A stretch of DNA of 64,000 bases from the NCBI RefSeq assembly GCF_036971445.1, contig NC_091475.1, positions 20,646,001 through 20,710,000 on the forward strand. The letters are read 5' to 3'. This document shows, piece by piece, positions 10,601 through 24,139 of this stretch. Positions within the stretch are counted from its first letter, which is position 1; each line of letters opens with the position of its first letter. Below the pieces are notes generated by a model. The model made no database searches. It was not told the origin of the DNA and was given only the letters and a program-made list of their open reading frames with translations. Source of the stretch: Narcine bancroftii. Taxonomy: Eukaryota. Made by a program: the position numbers and the translations under genes.

Positions 10601-13600
10601 TGGAGGAAAGGAGGCAGAGGGACAGGGGAGAATGGGGAATGGTCTAGCAGAAACTGGTGATGTCGATGTTAATCCCATCAGATTGCAGACAGAAATTTAG
10701 GAGTTGCTCTTCCAATTTACAGGTGGCTTAGGTTTGAAGAGAAACGATTCAAAACTTCTACTTATTCTTTGTAGGACTTCCCCATTGATTTATATCAACT
10801 TCCTTCTCCAGTGCTATGCAGCACGCTCACTTCCTCCGGCCATTTATTCTTTTCTCCTTCTAAATGTTGTTCCCCAATCCCACTGCCGATTTAGTTTAAA
10901 TCCTCGTGAAAATGCTTCCCATTAAGATACTTAGTTCGATTCCCGATGAGGTGAAGCTTTCACGGTGGAAATGGTGCCCCCTGTCCCAGCTCTGGCCCTC
11001 CCTCCCTTCATCACCATACTCAATTCATATGGTATTTTCCTATTTTTGTTCTTCTAAACTTGTGAAACCAGAGTAATTAAGAAACTACTGCTTCCAAGTT
11101 CCTACTTTTTTAACTTCTTCTCTTGATCAAGAGACCCTGATCGTTGAAGCAGAGTACACACCCTCCCTGTTGTTGATCGTGCCTTGGGATAACAGTCCGT
11201 AGTTAACTCCACACCAACTACTCCCCCTCTGTATCAAGTCAAGTTTATTGCCATCCCATTACATCACTGCAACCCGACCAATAGCCAGTCCTTGGTAGAA
11301 AACATGCAGACAAAGAACCAAATCCAACATACTTACAGACAAACGATACACTTGCAGTATTCATATATACAGATAATTAAATAAATATTGTTTCATTAAT
11401 ATGAGAGCCTTATATCAATGAAATCTGTATATCCTTTATACTAGGGAGACAACAGGCCATTTCTGACTCTCAATGATAATTGTAGCAACATCAATTTTGA
11501 TTAGAGTTCAGAAGAATAAGGAGTGATCTTATTGAAACCATTACGATATCTGGGGAATAGTTACAAGATTCAAGATTGGGCAGCACGGTTACAGTAGTGG
11601 TTAACACAACGCTGTTACAGCACCAGCGATTGTGACCGGGGTTCGAAACCAGAGCTATCTGTAAGGAGTTTGTACATTGTCCCCATGTCTGCATAAGTTT
11701 CCTCTGGGGGATTCCTGTTTCCTCCCATCATTCAAAACATACTGGGGTTTGTAGGTTATTTGGGTGTAATTGGGTGTTATGGGTTTGTGGGCCGAAATGG
11801 CCTGTTACCATGTTGTATGTCAAAAAATTTTAAAGTTATTTATTGTCATATAATAATACAGAAAATGTAACATTACACAAAATTACCTTCTGCCTGCCAC
11901 GAAGCGAAGACTCACCATGAGTATTACCCAGCGACCCTTACATTAAGAGAGAAAAAGAAGCAAAAGAGAGTCCCTTCAGAGTCACTGAGTGTCCGTGGAT
12001 TCAGCTCTAGCATTTCCACAGCCTCTGCAGTTGCACAGACACATGTTCGATCCATCAGCAAACCAACCTAAAGATCCAAAGCTCTGACATGATCAGAGCC
12101 GAGGCCATTTAGGAGGTGGTCATTTCACACTGAGGCATGCAGGAATTTCTTCTTGCTGAGGGAGGTGAACCTCTGGAATTCTATACCCTGGAAGGAAGGG
12201 AGGCTGGATCAATATTGGGGTACTTAAGTCAATAAATTTCTTTAAAAAATTGAAGTCTGTGGGGAATTGGCATAGAATAGCTGAGATCTGGAGCAGATCA
12301 AGTTTGTTTATTACCATGTGTACTGAGGTTCAGTGAGAAAGTTCATCTTTTAAACAGTCCAATTTGTCTACCTATGTAGAACCATAGAACCATAAAGCAT
12401 AACAGCACAGAAATGGGCCCTTCAGCCCTTCTAGTCTGCACTAAACTATTATTCAGCCCACTAAACTGTACCCAGTCCATAGTCTCCATACTCCTGGCAC
12501 CCTGTCCACATTTTTCTTAAATGTTAAAATTGAGCCCGCATTCATCACTTCAGCTGGCAGCTCATTCCACCCTCCTACCCTTCTCTGAATGAAATTGTTC
12601 CCCCTAATGTTCCTCCTAAACTTTTCCCCTTTCACCTTTAATCCGTGTTCTCCGGTTTGTATCTCACCTACCGTCAGTGGACAAAGTCTACTTGCATTTT
12701 CTCTGAACAAACCCCTCATAATTTTGTATGCTTCTGTCAAATTTCCCCTCATTCTTCTACACTCCAGGGAATAAAATCAGAACTTGTTTAAATTTTCCCT
12801 GTAACCCAGCAACATCCTAGTTAGAAGATAGATCAGCTCGATGAGTGGTGTCACAACAACAACTCAATGTTCGTAAAAATAAGGAAATGATTGGGGACTA
12901 CAGGAATTGGCGGTCTCACTCTCTCTTTATCTCTCTGTCGGTGGAAAAATTCCTGATGTACCACTTGAGCCTACATACACCGCAGCTTGTCCAATTTGTC
13001 TATATTAGGTTCATATCCTTCCACATCCTTCCTCTCCATGTATCTGACATTTGAATGTTGTATTCATACCCACCTATAGCTTTAACTTGTTCTTGTGTGT
13101 CTGTTCTCAAACGCCACTCCAACTAATCACACTATGAGTTTTCACCATGATCAGGACAGAGAGGAATAGATTTTCAATATTACAGAAAGCAAAGTATATG
13201 GAGTTAGAAAAGGGAAGTGGAGCTGAGGTTGCCTGGATATTACAGGCAACAACCCACAGAAATACTGGTGGAACTCAGCTAGTCTCACAGCGCCCATTGG
13301 AGGTAAAGATCTATTACTGACATTTCAGCCTTTTCTTCAAGATATAAGCAAAAAACAGGAAGTCATCTGAATAAAGATTCAAGAATGGCAGAGAGTGAAG
13401 TCTAGACCAACATCCAAAAGGTGTTAATTGGATATGATAAGAGATAAAAGGTGAGAAGCAGCAGGTATGACTGGCTGAATGGTTAACTCCTCATTAAGGA
13501 CAGTAATGTCCTAACTCAAAATGCTCACCAATAAATGTGGACTCAACAAAACTCCCTATTTCTTTTAAATGTCCTGACAGCATCTTGAAAACATTCAACA

Positions 13601-16600
13601 GAGTTGTTTCTCATCGCGTGTATTGAAATATAGGAAGAAGCACTGTTTTTCGTTCTACCAGGCAGGTCAACTCATATGGCAAGTAGTGCCATAAAAATAA
13701 GCAAATGAATAATCAACTAAATTAATGTTGGGAGGAGTGTAACTGTGGTCTAATTGTGCAGGGTATGGAGAAAGTATATGAACAGCAGAGTGTACAGAAA
13801 AAAGTACAGTTATAAAAATGCGAGCAAGTACATCATATTTTGTCAGTATGGGGTCCATTCAAGAGTCTGATAAAAGCAGGAAAGAAACTGTCTTTGAATC
13901 CGGAGATGCATGTTTTCCTCATGTATGGGGAAAAGAGAGGGTGGAATAAGCCCATTTCCACAGCAGGAGGCACAGACAGAGTGTGTCTGAACATATAAAT
14001 ATGATGATCCTTTATCAATCACTTGAATTAATTTGTTTATTGATTGTAACAGATCTTTTGAATGACTACCTTGAAAATGACTGCAAATGTGCGAAGATCA
14101 TAGTGAGGGAGAGCCAAGGAATGGAAGCCTGGTACGTTAAAGCCACCTTTACTTTTGTTTCAGTTACAAAGCCATTTTTCCTTAATGCATGGGAAATCGC
14201 AGAGCATTTCTGATATGAAGAGAAAGGGAATGGGCCTCTTGGCACCAGCTCCAACAACAAAGGTTCAATCCTTACCTCTGACACTGTCCGTGTACAGTTT
14301 GCATGTTCTCTCTGCGACTGAGTGGGTTGTCTCAGGTGCTCCACTTCATTTCACATTCCAAAGAGGTGCTGGTAGATTGATATGACATAGTGGATTCCCG
14401 TGAATGAAGGTGGTTGTGAATTAACTGGAAAATTGGGAATGAATGGTAGTTAGAACAGAGTCGCTGGGCTAAAGCTCCAACTGTACTAATGGACTGAGAA
14501 ACAGATTTTATGAGCATCATTGTCTTTAGGATTTGGACTGGTATACATATGGAGAGGAGATCATAGAGTGGAATTGGAAGAGATTCTGACTGTTCGTACA
14601 TCTTTGTCAAGGAACGGTGGGCATTCAGGATTAATTATTGGACAAAGTAAATAGAGTCATGGAGTCCAATGACACCACACAGACTCTTCACCCCAACTTG
14701 TTCATGCTGACCAAGTTGGCATTCGGTGCTGGTCCCATTTAAAAATTCTAAATTCACATGTATAGTCAGAGTACATTCATGACATCACATGAAACCCCAA
14801 GATTCTTTTTCCAGGGGCCAGGCAGAATTTCTACTTATCAGTAGTGTTAAAAACTGTACTCAAGAAAAGATTACATATGCAAAAGAGAGAAAAGGGAAAA
14901 CATGAAAGAAATGTAAACAAACTGACAATGCAATACTGAAAAAGAATTTGGTAATAAAAAATGTGCAAATTAAAAGACCTTAAATGAGTCTCTGATTTAC
15001 CTGTATTTGGTCCAAGTCCTTCTAAATCCTTCCTATACATATATCTGTCCAAATGTCTTTTGAAAGTTGTAATTGCTCCCTCGTTCGAGAATTGTCTACC
15101 CTGAGGAAAAGATTACAGATTTCCGATATATTGATTAGATTTTAGATTTAGATTAGATTTCAGATTTATTGTCGGACTACATATATGAAGTCCAGGCTCT
15201 GAGATAGTGATAAGATTTTTCAAAGATTGGGCTTGGAGCCCTGTAAGAAGTCATTCGATTTTTACAAGCAGAGAAAGGAAAAAAACAAACAGGAGTTTTC
15301 TCTTTTTTTGAGGAGGGGTGGGGGGGGGGAGAGAGAGAGAGAGAGTGGGGGGGGGTTGGAAGAGAGAGAAGTCAGTTCTATAGTTGCAGTTAAGACTGCA
15401 AAATGGCAAGCTGACTGGCTTGTTAAAAAACCCATTTTGAAGATGGGTTGTGAGTTCTGAGTTCAACCTGTTCAAACCTTTTGTAGTCCTTACAGAAGGA
15501 AATGGCTGGCTAGGGTGTTCCTCCTGAAATAATGGAAACAAGAGGAACTCTGTGATGACATGGAAGAAGAGGTTATCATTTGGAAAACCCATGACAGGGC
15601 AAGTTTCTTCAGCAAGACACTGAATTGACTGATTGGAGGAAATCAGTTTGTGCGTGTCTAACGAGCAACAAATATCTCTCTGAAACCAACAAGAACCTTC
15701 CTGAGAGACATTTAACTTTAAGCACCAGAGCCTGGTGAAGATTCATAAATTCTGTGCACAGTATGAGAGTTGCCTGATACTGGTGAACTTGGAGAAGTGA
15801 AAAGTGAATGATTGGACATTGAAACAGACAACTTTCCTGAATATATACACATTATATACACATGCGTTTAGAATTAGAAGGGGGTTAGGTTAGGACAAGT
15901 TAAGTTAATAGTAATAAGTTTAAGATTGATTCTGTTATTATGTTTAAAGAAAATGAAAACAATTTTTGTTTAAGTAACCATTGTCTTGGTGAATTTCTAT
16001 TGCTGCTGGGTTTTGATGTCCTCTGGGCTCATAACAAATACAGAGAGAACAAAAGAAAATCAATAAAGTGCACAAGTAAGAGTCCTTAAATGAGTCGCTG
16101 ATTGAGTTTGTCATTGAGGAGCATGATGGTGGAGGGGTAGCAGCTGTTCCTGAACCTGGTGGTGTGGATCTTGTTAGATACATGACATCACATACAACCC
16201 TGAGATTCTTTTTTCTGCAGAAACATATTGGTTGCACAAAAAACTGTATTCAAAAAGATACATCCACATGTTAACAAATAAAGAAATATAAACAAACTGT
16301 GCAATACAGAGTGAAAACAAATCAATAAAGTGCACAAATAAGAGTCATTCAATGAGTCCCTGATTGAGTATGTTGTTGAGGAGTCTGATGGTGGAGGGGG
16401 AGCAGCTGTTCCTGAACCTGGTGATGCGCATTGACTATGAGCATTCACTTTATCCATGCCCCTTGTGGCTTTACAAAGCTCTTTAAGGTTCCCTTTTAAT
16501 TCCTATGCTCCAAGGAAAAAGACAATCTATCCAACCCCTCCCTGTAACTCAAGACCTCCAGTCTTAGCAACAACCTGGTGAATCTCCCCTGCACATAATA

Positions 16601-16908
16601 TCCAGATGGAGCACCTTTACAAAGAACAATAATAAACACAGTTGGCCCATTTATTGATTTGGTTACAATAAAGTGCAATAGTGTAGACATATAATGGGCA
16701 GAAAAATCACAACAAACAGAATGAGAGGATGTGCTGGGGCAGCTCGCAAAGTGTTGCCACCCTTCGCCACTTTGGACTTCAAGTTTGTGGCCTGCCTGGT
16801 GAATTATTTTGTTATTCACTCTGCGTTTTTGTTTTTTGCAGGGTTGGCTGGGTGAAAAGGTGCAAGGGAAGAGATGTAGAGTCCTTTGTACGTGGATGTC
16901 ATTTATAA
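7496..16908 (+). CDS. lyz: Lysozyme C (c-type, GH22) gene A; join(7496..7673,9947..10120,14053..14131,16842..16908), 165 aa precursor
   Basis: Hand-spliced translation: [165 protein letters not shown]. All introns are GT-AG with phases 1/1/2 as in vertebrate LYZ. It has the 8 canonical Cys plus one extra, Glu35 (GAA 9967-9969) and Asp52 (GAC 10030-10032). Family assignment is certain; strict orthology to lyz is inferred. Confidence 0.95.
7883..8712. mobile_element. Compound palindromic hAT-type MITE array in gene A intron 1
   Basis: Three palindromic units of about 120-130 bp (cagtggttttcaa...ttga(a/g)aaccactg) at about 7883-8013, 8124-8249 and 8595-8712, separated by mutually inverted spacers. 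A related unit+spacer lies at about 56331-56583. Confidence 0.75.
8363..8586. mobile_element. hAT-Charlie-like MITE nested in the array
   Basis: TIRs CAGGGGTTCCCAA / TTGGGAACCCTTG; perfect 8-bp TSD GTCTAGAG at 8355-8362 and 8587-8594. Confidence 0.9.
9160..9830 (+). mobile_element. CR1-like LINE 3' fragment (degenerate, with a short internal insertion)
   Basis: [29 protein letters not shown] motif, matching the end of the CR1 ORF2 at 63050-63420. Confidence 0.7.
9947..10120 (+). CDS. lyz: Gene A exon 2 (174 nt, catalytic exon)
   Basis: Acceptor ttgtag|; WVCMAHAES...[15 protein letters not shown]; donor G|gtaagt at 10121. Confidence 0.96.
10230..10730. mobile_element. Penelope-like element 3' fragments in inverted arrangement
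   Basis: ccttggcgaagggctcaggc...cctgctgagttt on +; purine-rich tract and gatgtcgatgttaatcccatc on -, matching the Penelope copy at 33988-34790. Confidence 0.6.
11578..11822 (+). mobile_element. tRNA-derived V-SINE-like element
   Basis: A-box-like TAGTGGTTA, B-box GGTTCGAAACC (11640-11650), and the V-domain-like core. Confidence 0.8.
12378..12820 (-). mobile_element. CR1 LINE 3' end
   Basis: ORF 12453-12752(-) [13 protein letters not shown]...[12 protein letters not shown]; short tandem tail (agaaccat)n. Confidence 0.8.
14053..14131 (+). CDS. lyz: Gene A exon 3 (79 nt)
   Basis: Acceptor taacag|; [27 protein letters not shown]; donor TG|gtacgt. Confidence 0.94.
15190..16035 (+). mobile_element. 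Solo LTR-like element in gene A intron 3
   Basis: Ends ...ggtgaatttctattgctgctggg...ctcataACA; related to 6318-7135; flanked by pieces of a Rex1-like 3' UTR. Confidence 0.55.
16842..16908 (+). CDS. lyz: Gene A exon 4 coding part
   Basis: Strong polypyrimidine tract ending gttttttgcag|; (W)[21 protein letters not shown] then TAA. Confidence 0.94.
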
Positions 16909-17427
16909 GAAGAGAAGCAATTCTGCCTTTGAGTGCCACCACTCTGCTTCAGTCGCGCACCAGGCTATTTCAATGTCTAGGGCTCTAGAAAAAGGAAAGA
17001 GATAAGATTGACTTTCCCCAAGTCATGAACCAGGCATCAAATAGAGTTCATATTGAGGACTACCTGTCAGATCGGCACTAATGGGATTAGTCCATCAACG
17101 GCCTAGGTGGAAGACCTAAAGCTTGTTTCACAGGGGTGACATCGATATCAAAGCCTCATATAATGCTCATTGCTGCCATTGTAGCCACTCCAATACCTTT
17201 CATGAATCATGCCTCAAATATTCTTCATTCCACAGAAATGCTAAAAGGAAGACTAAATAAATGAATCAGTCCCAAGCTGAATCATGGACCGCCCCTTTAC
17301 CTTCATCGATCTGCTGTGTTCCTCCAGCGGCTTGTTTATTGCAGGTTCATTTGCTTTTATCTGCCACTCGAATCTGTGGTAATTATTTCAGCAAATATAT
17401 TGTAGTTGCTTGTCAAGGCTTTTAGAA

Positions 17428-17433
17428 AATAAA
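17428..17433 (+). terminator. Probable gene A polyadenylation signal
   Basis: AATAAA followed by a T/GT-rich tract (ttgtttttgttgcttt); an alternative AATAAA lies at 17256-17261. Confidence 0.5.
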
Positions 17434-17814
17434 CAAAAATGCAGTATTAACGTTCATTTGACTTGTTTTTGTTGCTTTCTAACTTCTTCCACAAAGGCTT
17501 GAAGATCCAACATGATGAACTGAAAAGTGAGCTAATTGTCTCCCACAAGCCCTCTCTGCCCCATTTCCTACCATCAAACCCAGGTTTCACAGCTCAGTGA
17601 AATGACCCCACCTGCCATATAGTCAACGGAAGATCAATATATTCTGAAGCAAAAGCCCGCCAAATTCCTCCAGCTCTTTGTTTTGGTTTGCTCCAGATTC
17701 AAACTATCTCCAGTCTATTGGATAAATCTATGAATTCTGGTCTATCAGTAACAGAAAGCCAGAACAAGGACTAGTCTGCCATCTACTGGATAGACAAGTG
17801 TTCATTGTTAGTCA

Positions 17815-18270
17815 CTGTGCTACAGGAAAGGTGTTGGCAAGCTGGAAAGGGTGAAAAGAAGATTTATGAGAATTCTGGCAGGTCTGAACTGTAGGGTGAG
17901 GTTGAGCAGGCTCGGGTTTTATTCATTGGAGTGCATGATGATGAGGGGCGATCTCATAGAGGTGTATAAAATACTGGGAGAAACAGAATGGGGGCACGCA
18001 CCAAGACTTTCGCCGAGAGGTATTGGTAACCAGGGGACATCGGTTTAAGATAAAGAGGGAGAGATTTAACACGTGTAGGGAATGGGCTGCTGGAGGAGGT
18101 GGCTGAGGCAAGGACTATTGCAATGTTTAAAAAAACGAATACATGGGTAGGATGGGTTCAGAAGGATATGGGCCAAAAGTGGGGAGGTGGGGTTAGCTTG
18201 TGTTAGGGTCAGCTTGGGCAGGTTGGGCTGAGAGGCCTGTTTCAACACTGTGCGACTGTGACTCTAATAT
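17815..18270 (+). mobile_element. CR1 LINE 3' fragment
   Basis: RRFMRILAGL...LGFYSLE...RGDLIEVYKIL motif. Confidence 0.7.
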
Positions 18271-19065
18271 CACTCCAGGCTACACAGGGGCTCCATTTCT
18301 GCTCTCATTGTCAACTAAACAGGAGCAAAGGTGCTTCAGCATGTCTTTATAAAACAGCATTTGGCTGTAACAAGATTTTTGTGAGCGTATCTGGGCACCA
18401 CACCAGCTCTGGAGAGGGTACAGAAGGAATTAAGGACTTGTTCTGTTGTTAGAAGCAAATTATTTACTTATTATTGATACATCACCATGATACAGTGAAA
18501 AACAGTATCTTTCATGCCATTCAAAGGCTAGCAAAGAGTTACCATGCTCCACTGGGTGACACAAATAGGCTAGGCATTAGCACAACACAATGATGGCGCC
18601 AGTGACCCAGGTTCAAATCCACCGCTGTCTGTGAGAAGTTGGTGAGTTGTCCACACTTGTATTTCCTCTGGACACTTCAGTTTCCTCCCATGTTCCAAAG
18701 ATGTATGGGTCTAGAAAGTGAATTGGTCACATGGGTGTATTTGGGCACTGAGAGGGCACTAGTAGGGCAGAAGTCCTTGTATGTCTCTGCTATCCCCATT
18801 CATCACCTCCCAATCTCTGACACGATCTCCACCCATCTCTCCCGCACCTGACTCCATCTTCTCATCAACCCCTCCTCACCATGATCCACCTGCCTCACAC
18901 CCATCCCCTCACTTTATTCTGGCTAGCTCCCTTTTACTCCGATGCAGGACCTTGTCCGGAAATGCTGAAATCTCTTTCCTTTCATAGAAGATACTACTCC
19001 CTCTGAGATCCTCCATCAGTCTGCATTTTGGCTGACATTCCAGCATCTGTCTGGTTGTAACATTT

Positions 19066-19620
19066 CAAGTCAAGTGGTCAAATTTATTGTCGTCTGATTG
19101 CACAAGTACAACCCGATAAAAATGTGTTCTCCAGTCCTTAGTGCTAAGCATACAGACACACAACTAGACATGATGCACTTACAGACAAACAGTATATATA
19201 CAGCATTCATATTGTATGGCAAGTATTCATATAGACAAATGAATAAATATTGTTTCAGAAATATAAGCTTCGCAGATGGTTAGTGTGAGCTGTTCCTTTG
19301 GTTGTTCCAAATTCTCACTTCTGCCCGTGGGAAGAAGTTATTCTTCAGCCTGGTGGTGCTGGCTCTGGTACTCCTATATCTATTTCCCGATGGAAACAGC
19401 TGAAAAATGCTGCGTGCAGGGTGGAAGGGGTCCTCAGTGATTTTGTGTGTCCTCTTCAGGCAACGATCCTGGTAGATCACATCGACAGAGGGGAGGGAGA
19501 CTTCAGTGATCCACTCTTATAGTCCTGTGGATTGACCTCTGATCCATTTCTCTGCAGCAACCGTACCACACAGTGATGTAGCTCCTGTAGAAATTTGACT
19601 TAGTGGTGGCCGGTAGTACT
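19066..19620 (-). mobile_element. Rex1/Babar-like LINE 3' fragment
   Basis: ORF pieces VWYGCCREMDQRSIHRTI and DPFHPARSIFQLFPSGNRYRS...RLKNNFFP; tail caagtcaag...tttatt. Confidence 0.75.
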
Positions 19621-22600
19621 TGCCTGCTCAAGTCATACACAAGATTAAGATTCCGTTTATTGTCATTTCCACAGAATACACCAAAATCTCTCCTATTTTT
19701 GCCCTGCAGAAACACACAAGACAGTGCCACTAATCCAGCACCCTTATCAACACAAGAAAGAGAATCAAAGAGTCACTGCAGAAATATCGAGTGTCCATGC
19801 ATCCTGCCATCTCCTCCAATGCCATCACATCTTGTACATAGGTACATGGCCAAGCAGTGAACCCAAGCTCCAGGCATCCACTGCTAAATGTACAGAGGAA
19901 CTTCCCCTGAAGACAATAACATGACAATGATGGAGATGCTTGTTTAAAGATGTTTAGTTGGATATGAATATAGGCCAGGTTTTCAGGGAGAATTTTGATG
20001 TTCTTTCTACTGTTAGGACCAAGAGATTTTTCTTTCACCTTAGATCTCAGTAGCTAATGCCATAAGGATCCCGGCATCACCTTGGTCACAGCTTCCTCAC
20101 TGCTACCTTCAGGCAGAAGGTAGAGAAGCCTAAACACCAGCACATCTTGGTTCACTAATCGTGGACCGTCTATACTATTGCAAGTCATTTTTATTTGCAT
20201 TAGGATTATATCTTTCTTCTGTATTTGCTGTCTCTTTTCATTTAATTCGATGAGTTTACAGCACAGTACTCGCCCCTCAGCCCTCGATGTTGTGCCAGCC
20301 TAGATATTCCTTAAATAAAAGTACGAAACCTTCCCTACCCCATAACTCTCTATTTTTTTATTCCATCCATGTGCCTATCTAAGAATGCCCCAAATGGTTC
20401 AGCCTCCACCACTGTCCCTGGCAAGGCATTCCAGGCACCCACATCTCACTGTAATCCTAAACCTCCATCCCTTCACTTTGTACATAAATCCTCTGGTGTT
20501 TGCTATTCCTGCTCTAGGAAACAGCCATTGGCTGTCAACCCTATCTATGCCTCTCATAATCTTGCAGACCTCTATTGAATCTCCTCTCATCCTTCTACGC
20601 TCCAAAGAAAAAAGTTAACTCTGTTTACTATAATGGTCTTTCTTTACAAGTACCTATTCGGCTGCAGCAAGTAAACATTTCAGCACCCACGTACATCGCA
20701 TAATGTGTGTGACAATAAACTCTTCATCAACATTCTCAGAGTGGAAGCATCTTCATCAATAAATCAGAAAGGAATGTTTCAAATGTCTGCCCTGAATTTT
20801 GTTGGAATGGTGCTCTGCATGTTTTACTCGTGCGGAACATCGTGCCTTCAACCAATTTCTGAAACTCATCAGGGGTTAATGAATGCACGCCAGGACAAAT
20901 TGCAATGACACATCAAGGATAGTAAATATCAATTATTTGTTTTAAAAACTCTTGCTAAGTTCAGCCAGTTAATTAGTGGGGAGGGGAAAATACAACAGGC
21001 TTAACAGCAAACACTCAAAGATCAAAGATTAAAAGGTCCTTTTTAAAAAGAAAATATGTCAAAGACCAGCTGAAACACATTAATCAAGTTGAGTTCCTTG
21101 ATGAAGTATCGGTGCCTAATGAAGTGCATTTGGACTTTCAAAAGCTTATTAATTAAGTTACACAAAGCAAACACTGGTAAATAAGTGCACCTGGGCTTAA
21201 CCTTCTCAGTGTATGATTGGGGAAAGGATAAGAATGGAGAATAGCTGTTACATAACAGAGAGAATTACATAGTCATGACCCTATATGGAGTTATTGATGG
21301 GAGATTTACTTGTTACATATGCAGAAAGATGAATGGTATAGCATGAACGTTGTCTCTATGTATTCAGATAAAGATGTAGGAATTCTACATGCCTCGGGAC
21401 TGAGATCTCTGGATCTGAACATTCCAGGTATGGTGTAATGAGACTCTTCAAAGTTTCAGAGACAATAGATTGCATCTGCTTAACCTCTCCTTGCAGACAA
21501 CTATTGCTTCCAGCCTACCAACCTCCCTCCATCCCAAGGAATTTCACTCCACTCCTGTTGAGTAGAATGACTTTCATATTTATGATGTGTTTTATACTTT
21601 TTTTATTGTTTTGGCAACTTAAATTGTTTATCTCATGTGTACTAGTAAAAACGTTGTTTTGTGTCCTATCCAGATACATCAACCAATTGTTGTATATTAC
21701 ATGAAGTTATAAAACAAAAGTTCTGTTAAAACAGTGGAAGGGTAGCATCATTTTACTAACAAGTGGTCCATTCAATAGTCTGATAATCCATTCAATAGTC
21801 TGTGATGGATCTGGGATGGATAACTTCAGTGGTACATCTTGTTTCCTAGTGGGAAAGTCTAGGAAAGGGGGCACAACTTCAGGATTGAAGGGTATCTACT
21901 TAGAACAGAGATGTGAAGGAATGTCTAGCCAGAAGGTGGCAGACCTGTAGAATGTGTTGCCACAGGCATATTTTAAAATTAAATTATACATATAGCACTG
22001 TAACAGGTCAATTTCACCCTATGCGCCTGTGCTGCCCGTTTTACACCCCAGTACTATTTTTTTGAAGGATAAGAAGAAATCAGAGCCCCCAGAGAAAACC
22101 CATATGGACACTTGGAGAACGTACAAACTCCTTATCGACAGCATTGGATTCGAACCCATGTCCAGTCCCGATTGCTGGCGCTGTAAAGGCATTGAACCAG
22201 GTCACTGGATATATTTAAAGGCAGAGATTGACAATTTCTTGTTTAGTCAGGGCAACAAAGGTTATGGGGAGAAGGCTGGGCAGTGGGGATGAGTGGGAAA
22301 ATTATTCAGCTCATGAATAAATGACAAGGTAGACTGGGTGGACTGAATAGCCTGTTTATGCTCCTCTGTCATGGTCTTATCTATATAAATAGGTAAGGGT
22401 CATTGGGGTCATGAGAGTGGTGCAGTAGCACAACTGGTTGGGTTACTGCCTTACAGTTCGTTCAACCTAGGTTCAATTCTTATCTCATGGGCTGTAAGGG
22501 CTTGTTACCGTGCTTAATGTCTAATTTTTTTATAAATATCATGAAATATAGGAGCAGAAGTCGACCCATTGGCCTATCAAGTCTTTTCCACCATTCTCAT

Positions 22601-23379
22601 CATGAGCTGATCCAGCCATCTACTCAGCCCCACTCTTTGGCTTTCTCCCCGAAATGCTTGATACCCTGACTAATCAATTATCCATCAAGCTCTGCCTTAA
22701 ATACACCCAACAACCTCACTTCCACTGCCGCCTGCGGCAACAAGTTCCATGGATTTACAACTCTCTGGCTAAAGAATTTTTTCCGCGTATCTGCTTTAAA
22801 TTGAGGACCTTTTATCCTGGATCAGATTGATAGCATTGTTCTGAGACCCATCATGGACTTGATAGGCTGAATGGCCTCCTATTTCATCAATAAATTCAGA
22901 ATACTAAGGCAGAAGTCATATATTTATTGGCCAATGAACTATGGTGAGATGACTGGCCACCTGCAGTTGCCTTTAAGAAGCCAGTGGAGAACCCTTTTCT
23001 TGAACTTCCTGCAGTCTGTGTGTTAAAGGTGTTTTCCCAAATATTGCACAGATATTTTCAAGAGTTATGGGAACAAATGAGTGCAAATATGTGGCCAAAG
23101 CCAATATGCCACTTTGCCAAGAGGTGACATGGCTTGTTTGCAGGGTGTTGTATTGCCTGCACAAATCACCTCAGAAATCTCTTCTGCATGAGCATATTCG
23201 ATTGCAATCAGAAGGAAATGGACCGAAAACAAAAAAAACAAATGAGAATGCTGGAAATGTAAAACAAAAATAATAAAATGCTGGAAAAATTCAACAGAGC
23301 AGGTAGCCTCTGTGGAGAGAGAAAATGCCAATATTTCGGGAGCTCCAACTCTTCATCAGAAGTTTATGGTCAGAAGTCC

Positions 23380-23700
23380 CAGATGAAACAGCATTTTCCG
23401 GTCCTCGGTGCAAAACACGCAGCCCCACAACCAGATGTAACCCGCGTGCAGTATTCACCTGTACAAATAAATAACTATTGTTACATGACCATGAGATTCT
23501 CGGATGGTCAGTGTGAGCGGTTCCTTTGGTCGTTCAGCATTCTCACTGCCTGTGGGAAGAAGCTGTTCCTCAGCCTGGTGGTGCTGGCTCTGATCCTCCT
23601 GTATTGCTTTCCTGATGGGAGCAGCTGAAAGATGCTGTGTGCAGGGTGAAAGAGGTCCTCAATGATGTCGTGGGCCCTCGTCAGGCAATAATTCCGGTAG
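23380..23700 (-). mobile_element. Rex1/Babar-like LINE 3' fragment
   Basis: ORF 23508-23705(-) HPAHSIFQLLPSGKQYRRIRASTTRLRNSFFPQAVRMLN. Confidence 0.75.
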
Positions 23701-24139
23701 AACACGTCAGGTTAGAAAGAGAAGCAAGAATGTTTTCAATAGGAAGGAAGGTGGAAGGGGTGCAGAACAAAAGGAACGTCTGTACAGAATGGGTCAAAAG
23801 TCTTAATAGCTCCTTTCACCCCACTGATTCTGTGTGGGTTAACCAGCTAATTTATCAGGTCTGTTCCCAGTAATCGTGCAGTGTGAAACATCCCAACCTA
23901 GCAGAGCTGTAACACTTGGTGGGGGCATGTGTCAGAGCTCGGCCAAGTTAATTCATTAATCACCTCTGGCAGTGTGAAAGCATAACCTCCTCTCGCATTG
24001 TCACCACTGGAGGCTGGACCCTCCCCCTTAAAATGCCAAGTTGCCGATTAACCAGGTAAATCATGGTGGGAAAGACTCCTGCGTGCAGCATGCCGAGTAA
24101 GGTTTCCTGCTTCCTGTGAAAGGGGCTAATAATTATGGT

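Noticed and set aside
11578-11655. tRNA gene-like A/B boxes
   Set aside because: This is a SINE head followed by the SINE body, with no complete cloverleaf.
14053-14090. Calcium-binding (equine lysozyme/alpha-lactalbumin type) loop
   Set aside because: This needs Asp at 85, 90 and 91. A has N/N/D, B has G/P/D and C has P-S at 90-91, so none has the full ligand set.
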